IMG/VR virus record: IMGVR_UViG_3300043570_003617
Direction: 5' to 3' (one strand)
Origin: a virus
DNA: 64,000 bases
Shown here: piece by piece, positions 58,068-64,000 of the stretch
Numbering within the stretch: the stretch's first letter is position 1
Layout: the number at the start of each line of letters is the position of its first letter
Position numbers and translations under genes: made by a program
Notes under the pieces: generated by a model
What the model was told of the DNA's origin: nothing
Databases searched by the model: none
What the model saw: the letters and a program-made list of their open reading frames with translations, nothing else

Positions 58068-61000
58068 TTATTGACTAGTAAAACTAACTGATTCTGATGG
58101 AACAGCATATTCAACTGATGTTGCCATAACTACTTTACTTCTATTTATGTTAAATTTAATACTAAATGTAAAAGGTCTATTTTCTGCTTCATTTTCTAAA
58201 AAGAATTTAATTTTCTTAACGTGTTTAACTGTATTACTTGATCCATTTAAGTTAATAAAACTATAGTTTGGTCCTTCTTGATTTGAATCTAACGAATTCA
58301 TTTTAAAGTAGATATTTATAGGTATTATAGTTGAATTAACATCTCCTGAGTTTATAGTTTTAACTTTATCAGAATTTGTTTCTACTATTGTTTCTAAATT
58401 AGGAACGACTGGATGAATAGTTGTTAAAAGTTTAGTTGTTGATGATCCTGAACCATCTTCATCTATCCATTTAGATGAATCCAACAAAGATTTATTACTA
58501 CCTATAAATGATAAAATAGAAGTTTCGTTATATCCTAAATTATATTCTGTTGAACTTAGTACATCAGTAAGTGAGTTAGTTGGTGGTGTATCACTTGAAG
58601 AATCTGTAGTAAATAAATTACCAATATTTTCCGTTAATTTTGTAACTGATGTTTCTAATACAGAGTCATAATTTACTGTCCAAATATATTGATTGTTTAA
58701 TTGTGTTCTTGTTTGTCCAGATATATCTGATGTTATTAACTCATTTTGGTCACTAACCCAGAAAGTTTGAGGAGCTCCTGTGTTATAAACATCTGGATTT
58801 TGTAAATAAGTTCTGCCTGATAATAAACCAAGTTCTGAACTCGTTGACTTATTTCTAAATTTAACAATAAAGTCTTTAATAACATAGATGCTATTAGAAT
58901 AAACTCTACCAGATGGTGCTCCTACTCCAGTAAATGGAGTTAAATAATTCTCACATTCAATATTAAATGTGGTTTCACTTCCATTACCGACAACATATTC
59001 ATTATTACCTCTAAGAATAACAACTTCAAGTTCACCTTTAGCTCTTTTAATTTTCTCTTCAAGTGAACTAATTCTTTCTTGTAAAGACTTTAAGTAAGTA
59101 TATAAATCTTGTGCTGTTCCATTCTCGTCTTTGAACCCCGAAAGTATTTTATTACTATCGTGATGAAAAGTAAGATTATTAACAACAACTGTATCTGATA
59201 AGTGTTCATCTAAACCTTTAGCAGATAATTCTTGATTCATTTTTATTTTTAAGTCTTCACTAGTTGCTGCCTTTAATATAAAGTCGGTGTCATTAAGAAC
59301 ATTATTTAAGTCAGTTGGAAAATCAACAGTTAAAATTTCAGACCAATCAGATTCAGTAGGAGACTCTGGCCAACCTACTTCTGAAATTGACTTTATCCTC
59401 ATTTCAACTTTCTCATTAGGTTGAATTGCAATATCAATTTGATTAATATTTGGAGTATCAGCTTTTTCAATATCTTCTATCTGCCAAGTATAAGCACTTG
59501 TAGCTGGATCATATGTTCTTTTTCTGGCATCTGTCTTAAATTCAACCCAGTTAGAGAAAGCCGCTTTTGTTTGAGTGCTATCTACTGCAAATGTTTCAAC
59601 AGGTGGTTCAGTACCATCTTTAGAAACATATCTATATTGAATTCTAAATTGAACAATCTCTTGTGGTCTTGTTCCTCTAGTTACAATAGCATCTGGCATT
59701 GTCCAGAATCCTCTGACTCTAAATTTAGGATCAACTTTATTATTCGGATTTTTAGATAAATCTATAATTTCTTGTGTTACTGTAGAAAGTAATTTAGATC
59801 TACTATCTTTTTTTCTAATCAATTCTTCAGATTCTAATGATGCTTGTTTTTTAGCTGATTCTGATTGAAATCTAACAAACTTAATTTTGTTATTTTTACT
59901 AACTAAAGCATCAGATATTTGTTCAATTTCTGACTTCAAAGTCATTTGATAATTATGTTTTTGTTTAATTAAATTTGAATCTGGTGTATCTGTTAAGTGT
60001 TTATTAATTTGAACAACTTTGAAGTTTGTTAAATTAAGAGTTGGTGCAATTGGTGTTCCAGCTAATTTATTAGGAGTTTTTTTAGCAACTAAATCCTGAA
60101 GAACTTCACCATAATCATAAACATAATCAATATAAAATTGTTCCATTGTTAAACCATCTTCAGGTGCTGTTGAATCTAATGTTAAATCATTAGTCCAAAA
60201 TCCAGTACCTAAACTAAAATTTCTTGCTAATAAATTATTATCAGCGTTTAATGGTTTAATAAAAATAACATCTCTTTCATTATAACCAACACTAATCTTT
60301 ACAGATTTTGCATAAATAACTGGTGAGTAAATTTTAATAGTTGATATTCCAACTGGGATAGGTTCCATACCTTCAACTCTTTCTAGTCTAACTCTTGGGT
60401 TTGATTCAGAGGTTGAAACTTCAATTACTTTATATCTTGTTGATGTTTTATTAGAATTAACAATTATTTCACTACCAATAGTTAATTGTTGAATTTGATT
60501 ATTAGATCTTACAACATAATTTAGAGTATCTAATACATAAAAAAGTTTTCTATTTAATCTATCTTCTTGTATTCTAAGAACACTAAAAACACCATCATAT
60601 AAAAGTTCATTAGGATCTAAATCAAATACTTGCTCATCAAATTTAGGATTAAGTGGCTCAACAACACCTGGTGTTGTATTATGCCAATTTTCAAAATCTG
60701 TTATATCAATAGATGAATTGCCTCTAAATAAAGTATTAAAACTATTTAAGGCTGATTGACCAAGTGCTGTGAAAGCACCTGAAGCATCTTTTGCAAAATC
60801 AACAATATATCTTCTTGATTGAATTTTTCTTACATTATCTTCAATCTTACCAGTTAAATCCAATTCAATAGAAACAATAGGACTTAATAAACTATCAAAA
60901 AACCAGTTATTCAAAGCTTTAAATTTAGTAATTGATCCAATTGATCCGACATCAGTTGGTTCTTTATTTAAATCTACAGTTATAATTTTCTTATAAGTAT

Positions 61001-61271
61001 TTTGATTCGTTGTTTGAATCAAAGCACCAGCAGCATCAATACTATAAAGTGAATTAATATTATTGTTAAGTCTATCTATCTCACCTTTCAACGATGTGAA
61101 AGAAGGCACAGTATAGTTTCTTAATACTCCGTTTTCATCATAAATTTGAATATTTACAGATGGGTTTTGAGTTGTTGCTAATGAATTTATTTTACTTAAA
61201 ATATCTACGATATTCTTGTTAAATGAAATGACCTGGTCAGCTACGGCCGGAAATGAACTTTGAATAGGCAT
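58068..61271 (-). CDS. giant 1067-aa hypothetical virion protein (baseplate or tail candidate)
   Basis: Uninterrupted 3.2 kb ORF, first gene of the minus-strand structural operon, with a promoter motif upstream. Confidence 0.85.
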   Translation of the reverse strand: MPIQSSFPAVADQVISFNKNIVDILSKINSLATTQNPSVNIQIYDENGVLRNYTVPSFTSLKGEIDRLNNNINSLYSIDAAGALIQTTNQNTYKKIITVDLNKEPTDVGSIGSITKFKALNNWFFDSLLSPIVSIELDLTGKIEDNVRKIQSRRYIVDFAKDASGAFTALGQSALNSFNTLFRGNSSIDITDFENWHNTTPGVVEPLNPKFDEQVFDLDPNELLYDGVFSVLRIQEDRLNRKLFYVLDTLNYVVRSNNQIQQLTIGSEIIVNSNKTSTRYKVIEVSTSESNPRVRLERVEGMEPIPVGISTIKIYSPVIYAKSVKISVGYNERDVIFIKPLNADNNLLARNFSLGTGFWTNDLTLDSTAPEDGLTMEQFYIDYVYDYGEVLQDLVAKKTPNKLAGTPIAPTLNLTNFKVVQINKHLTDTPDSNLIKQKHNYQMTLKSEIEQISDALVSKNNKIKFVRFQSESAKKQASLESEELIRKKDSRSKLLSTVTQEIIDLSKNPNNKVDPKFRVRGFWTMPDAIVTRGTRPQEIVQFRIQYRYVSKDGTEPPVETFAVDSTQTKAAFSNWVEFKTDARKRTYDPATSAYTWQIEDIEKADTPNINQIDIAIQPNEKVEMRIKSISEVGWPESPTESDWSEILTVDFPTDLNNVLNDTDFILKAATSEDLKIKMNQELSAKGLDEHLSDTVVVNNLTFHHDSNKILSGFKDENGTAQDLYTYLKSLQERISSLEEKIKRAKGELEVVILRGNNEYVVGNGSETTFNIECENYLTPFTGVGAPSGRVYSNSIYVIKDFIVKFRNKSTSSELGLLSGRTYLQNPDVYNTGAPQTFWVSDQNELITSDISGQTRTQLNNQYIWTVNYDSVLETSVTKLTENIGNLFTTDSSSDTPPTNSLTDVLSSTEYNLGYNETSILSFIGSNKSLLDSSKWIDEDGSGSSTTKLLTTIHPVVPNLETIVETNSDKVKTINSGDVNSTIIPINIYFKMNSLDSNQEGPNYSFINLNGSSNTVKHVKKIKFFLENEAENRPFTFSIKFNINRSKVVMATSVEYAVPSESVSFTSQ

Positions 61272-61291
61272 TTTGTTTCTATTGATTTTTC

Positions 61292-61307
61292 TTATATATT
61301 AAATTCT
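61292..61307 (-). promoter_or_regulatory. putative promoter (minus strand GAATTTAATATATAAG)
   Basis: Recurring motif ~22 nt upstream of the minus-strand ATG at 61271. Confidence 0.45.
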
Positions 61308-61359
61308 ACTCATTTCTTTAATATTTGTTTTTAATAATTTTATTTCATATATTTGTTAC

Positions 61360-61602
61360 ATGATGAAAATATGGACAGTTACATTTAATGATGGTGGTTG
61401 GCATAGTGGATCTCTGCCAAATTTCACTGTAGTAGCCAATTCAAAAGATGAAGCTATTGAAAAAGTTTTAGAAAAGAATCCTAGATATAAAACAGGATAT
61501 GATAAATGGGCTTCAGAATTCACTATTGAAGGCTATGTAATTGAAGTTTATGATGAAAAAACATATAACAGAAATAAAAATTTAGAAAATCTCTCTATTT
61601 AA
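61360..61602 (+). CDS. hypothetical small protein
   Basis: 80-aa ORF upstream of ligA. Confidence 0.45.
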   Translation: MMKIWTVTFNDGGWHSGSLPNFTVVANSKDEAIEKVLEKNPRYKTGYDKWASEFTIEGYVIEVYDEKTYNRNKNLENLSI

Positions 61603-61612
61603 AATAAATTAA

Positions 61613-61625
61613 CTATCTTTGTATC
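61613..61625 (+). promoter_or_regulatory. putative promoter with -7-like box TATCTTTG (TAnnTTTG)
   Basis: TTAACTATCTTTGTA is 14/15 identical to the sequence upstream of the Sir2 gene. Confidence 0.45.
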
Positions 61626-63455
61626 ATGATTGAACAACTAAAAGAACAAATTATTAAAGCGAATGACGCTTATAGATTGGGACAACCAATCATATCTGAT
61701 ACTAAGTATGACCAATTAGTTGAAGAATTATCTTTATTATCACCAGATGATGAATTACTTACAAAAGTAGGTGTTGAAATCACTGATGAAACTCGTAAAG
61801 GTAAACTACCTATTGAAATGGCTTCGATGAATAAAATCAAATCAATGAATGATGTTGATGATTGGTCTCGTCTTAAAGGTATTTCTAAAAAAGAAATGGT
61901 TATCATCACACCTAAATATGATGGACTTTCATTATGTGTTAATGAAATGACATCTGAAGCTTGGACTCGTGGTGATGGTGAGTTTGGTCAAAAATCAAGT
62001 GAACATTACTCTTTAATTCAAAATCACTTAAACTTAGAAAAAGATTCATTTAGATTTACTTATGGTGAAGTAATGATTCCTAAGCAAGTTTTTATTGACA
62101 AATTCTCTACTGACTTTGCAAATCCTCGTAACTTAGTTGCCGGTTTGTTAAACTCTAAAACTGTAAGTGAGTCTTTAAAAGATTGTCAGTATATTAAATA
62201 CGGTGCCGTTTGTAATACAATATTCGACACTAAACAAGAAGTTCTTAACGAACTTAATAAAGGTCAAAAAATTAAAGTACAATATTATATATGTGAACTT
62301 GGTGATTTATCAGAAGGTTTACTTATTGAATTATTCCATAAATTTTCAACTGAATTTGAAATTGATGGTTTAATCATCGAACTTAATGATTTAAGTTTAC
62401 AAAATAAATTAGGTCGCGAGACTTCATCAAACAATCCTGTTTGGGCTCGCGCATTCAAACACCCAAGTTTTGAACAATCTGCTGAAACAGATGTTATCGG
62501 AATTTCTTGGAATATCTCTAAACAAGGTTTATTAAAACCAATTCTACACATCACTCCTGTTAAATTAGATGGTGTTACAGTGTCTAACGTGACTGGTAAC
62601 AACGCCAGATTCGTAAAAGACTTAGGACTTGGTGTAGGAGCTAAAGTTGTCGTAAAACGCTCTGGAATGGTTATTCCAATCATTGCTGATGTTATCACTC
62701 CAGTTGAATTTATTCAACCTACAATCGAAGGTGTTGAAGTAGATTGGAATGAAGCAGGTATCGAGTTAATTACTTTAACTGAAACTGACGACCAAAAGTT
62801 AAAAAAGATTGTTGCTTTCTTTGAAATATTAGAATCTGACAATGTGTCAGAAGGAGTTATCACTCAATTATGGGAAGCTGGTTACAAAACAATCAAAGAT
62901 ATTCTTACTCTTAAAACTTCTGACTTAGAGAAGATTGACCGTTTTGGTAAGAGAAAAGCTGATATTGTTTATAAGTCTATTCAAAAGTCTGTTAGTAATG
63001 TCCAGTTGTCTAAACTACAACATGCTACAGGTATCTTCAAAGGATTAGGTTCTAAGAAATTAGTTCTTTTAGAAGACTTCAAAACTAAACCTAGTGTTGA
63101 CCAAGTAATGTCGATTGAAGGATTTGCTGAAGTATCTGCTAAATCATACATTGACTCATATGACATATTCTTTGATTTTATTAAAGATTTACCTGTCACA
63201 ATTGTCGAAAAAGTTCAAGCTGTTAAAGTTGGCACAGACCTTGAGGGTAAATCATTTGTCTTTACCGGAGTTCGTAGACCAGATTTAGAATCTGATATTG
63301 AATCTCGTGGTGGAAAAATTGGTTCTGGTGTATCAAAAACAACAACTTACCTTGTAATGAAGTCGATTGGTAGTGGTTCTTCTAAAGAGAAGAAAGCCAT
63401 TGACTTGGGTGTTGAAGTGATTACAGTAGAACAATTAGAAAAATTATTAAACTAA
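61626..63455 (+). CDS. ligA: NAD-dependent DNA ligase (LigA)
   Basis: Adenylation motif KYDGLS (KxDG), OB/HhH architecture, and a C-terminal BRCT-like segment GKSFVFTGVRRPDLESDIESRGGKIGSGVSKTTTYLV. 609 aa. Confidence 0.85.
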   Translation: MIEQLKEQIIKANDAYRLGQPIISDTKYDQLVEELSLLSPDDELLTKVGVEITDETRKGKLPIEMASMNKIKSMNDVDDWSRLKGISKKEMVIITPKYDGLSLCVNEMTSEAWTRGDGEFGQKSSEHYSLIQNHLNLEKDSFRFTYGEVMIPKQVFIDKFSTDFANPRNLVAGLLNSKTVSESLKDCQYIKYGAVCNTIFDTKQEVLNELNKGQKIKVQYYICELGDLSEGLLIELFHKFSTEFEIDGLIIELNDLSLQNKLGRETSSNNPVWARAFKHPSFEQSAETDVIGISWNISKQGLLKPILHITPVKLDGVTVSNVTGNNARFVKDLGLGVGAKVVVKRSGMVIPIIADVITPVEFIQPTIEGVEVDWNEAGIELITLTETDDQKLKKIVAFFEILESDNVSEGVITQLWEAGYKTIKDILTLKTSDLEKIDRFGKRKADIVYKSIQKSVSNVQLSKLQHATGIFKGLGSKKLVLLEDFKTKPSVDQVMSIEGFAEVSAKSYIDSYDIFFDFIKDLPVTIVEKVQAVKVGTDLEGKSFVFTGVRRPDLESDIESRGGKIGSGVSKTTTYLVMKSIGSGSSKEKKAIDLGVEVITVEQLEKLLN

Positions 63456-63459
63456 AAAT

Positions 63460-63804
63460 ATGAAAAAATCGAATACAATTTTATTTTTTATTGGAGTTTT
63501 TATACCCCTAATGGTGGGTTTAATCATCACCTTTACTTCTTGTGAAGGTAAATCCAAACCAGATCCAGATATCCACTACATTAATATGGATTGTGTAATA
63601 GTTGAAAAAATACCAACTGTTGGATCTTTTGGTAAACGTACCTCAAAAGCATTTTTAATCAGAGGTTTGAAAGACACGACATTGTATAGTGAATATGTTG
63701 ATTTATATCGATATACTATGTCAGACTCTTTATATTATAGTAGTAAAGTTGGTGACACATTACACTTTGATTATATTAGAAAAAATAGATTTTTTAAAAA
63801 ATAA
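63460..63804 (+). CDS. lipoprotein (signal peptide with lipobox FTSC)
   Basis: MKKSNTILFFIGVFIPLMVGLIITFTSCEG is a hydrophobic stretch followed by L-x-x-C. Confidence 0.55.
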   Translation: MKKSNTILFFIGVFIPLMVGLIITFTSCEGKSKPDPDIHYINMDCVIVEKIPTVGSFGKRTSKAFLIRGLKDTTLYSEYVDLYRYTMSDSLYYSSKVGDTLHFDYIRKNRFFKK

Positions 63805-63817
63805 ACATATGATATAC

Positions 63818-64000
63818 TTAGGAATTTTAATAGGATTTATTTTAGGTCTTCCAATTGGATTTATCAAGTGGAAGAAAAAGTCAACACCGGTTGTTGAAAA
63901 GTATTCAAGACGTGGATTATTACAAAAGAATTTCTCTGTTACTGACAATCTAACTAATAGAAAGAACTCAGTTGATGTTCAATATGAAATTGGTGAATTA
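63818..64000 (+). CDS. small membrane protein, 3' end beyond window
   Basis: ATG at 63818. MIYLGILIGFILGLPIGFIKWKKK... is open to the window end. Not in the supplied track. Preferred over the minus-strand shadow 63760..63948. Confidence 0.35.

Noticed and set aside
574-63948. Numerous 60-140-aa ORFs nested inside or antisense to long genes
   Set aside because: Examples: 574..780, 4225..4464, 8788..8970, 8987..9190, 12290..12475, 18222..18413, 22761..23150, 23719..23949, 26513..26770, 30455..30649, 31526..31822, 32597..32779, 40380..40571, 43171..43359, 44663..44896, 44936..45175, 47922..48107, 52486..52839, 55759..56007, 57230..57433, 59421..59759, 61670..61909, 62285..62698, 62981..63199, 63760..63948. 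All are fully embedded in better-supported longer ORFs, have low-complexity AT-codon compositions (I/L/F/K/N-rich) and lack promoter motifs.
1-64000. Entomopoxvirus or other NCLDV origin (AT-richness, NAD-dependent ligase, M16 G1-like protease, Trp-repeat proteins, acidic tails)
   Set aside because: No poxvirus or NCLDV core genes occur in 64 kb. PhoH, Dam, bS21, a lipobox lipoprotein, T4-type gp46 and CTS features, and rho-independent terminators all indicate a bacteriophage.

Overview
This is a very AT-rich (roughly 28-30% GC by eye), densely coding 64 kb segment that reads as part of a large tailed bacteriophage genome, not a cellular chromosome and not a poxvirus or NCLDV. There are no rRNA, tRNA or CRISPR features. 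Phage and T4-superfamily signals include a PhoH-like ATPase, a T4 gp46-like SbcC/Rad50 ATPase with a CPTC zinc hook, a gp61-like Toprim primase, an NAD-dependent DNA ligase, Dam methylase, a T5orf172 protein, and a dispersed family of proteins whose N-termini resemble the T4 internal-protein capsid-targeting sequence (MKTYQEFIAE-like, here M-[IL]-K-[KR]-Y-x-x-F-I-x-E). The window also encodes three ribosomal-protein-like genes (bS21, a multi-domain S1, and an L7/L12 C-terminal-domain-like protein), a sirtuin, a DnaJ-like protein, an SPFH/flotillin protein, and M16 and M28-like peptidases. Five giant ORFs (2425, 1536, 1351, 1211 and 1067 aa) cover about 40% of the window; three carry a period-5 tryptophan repeat (G-x-W-x-x) and one of these also carries an NHL propeller, alongside a collagen-like protein and a LamG-like protein. 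A conserved AT-rich TATATA-type promoter motif (AATTTAATATATA[AC]A) sits 0-30 nt upstream of many start codons on both strands. Sir2 and LigA instead share a Bacteroidota-style -7 box (TAnnTTTG). The bS21 gene and a lipobox lipoprotein are consistent with a diderm host; a Flavobacteriia-like host is inference only.
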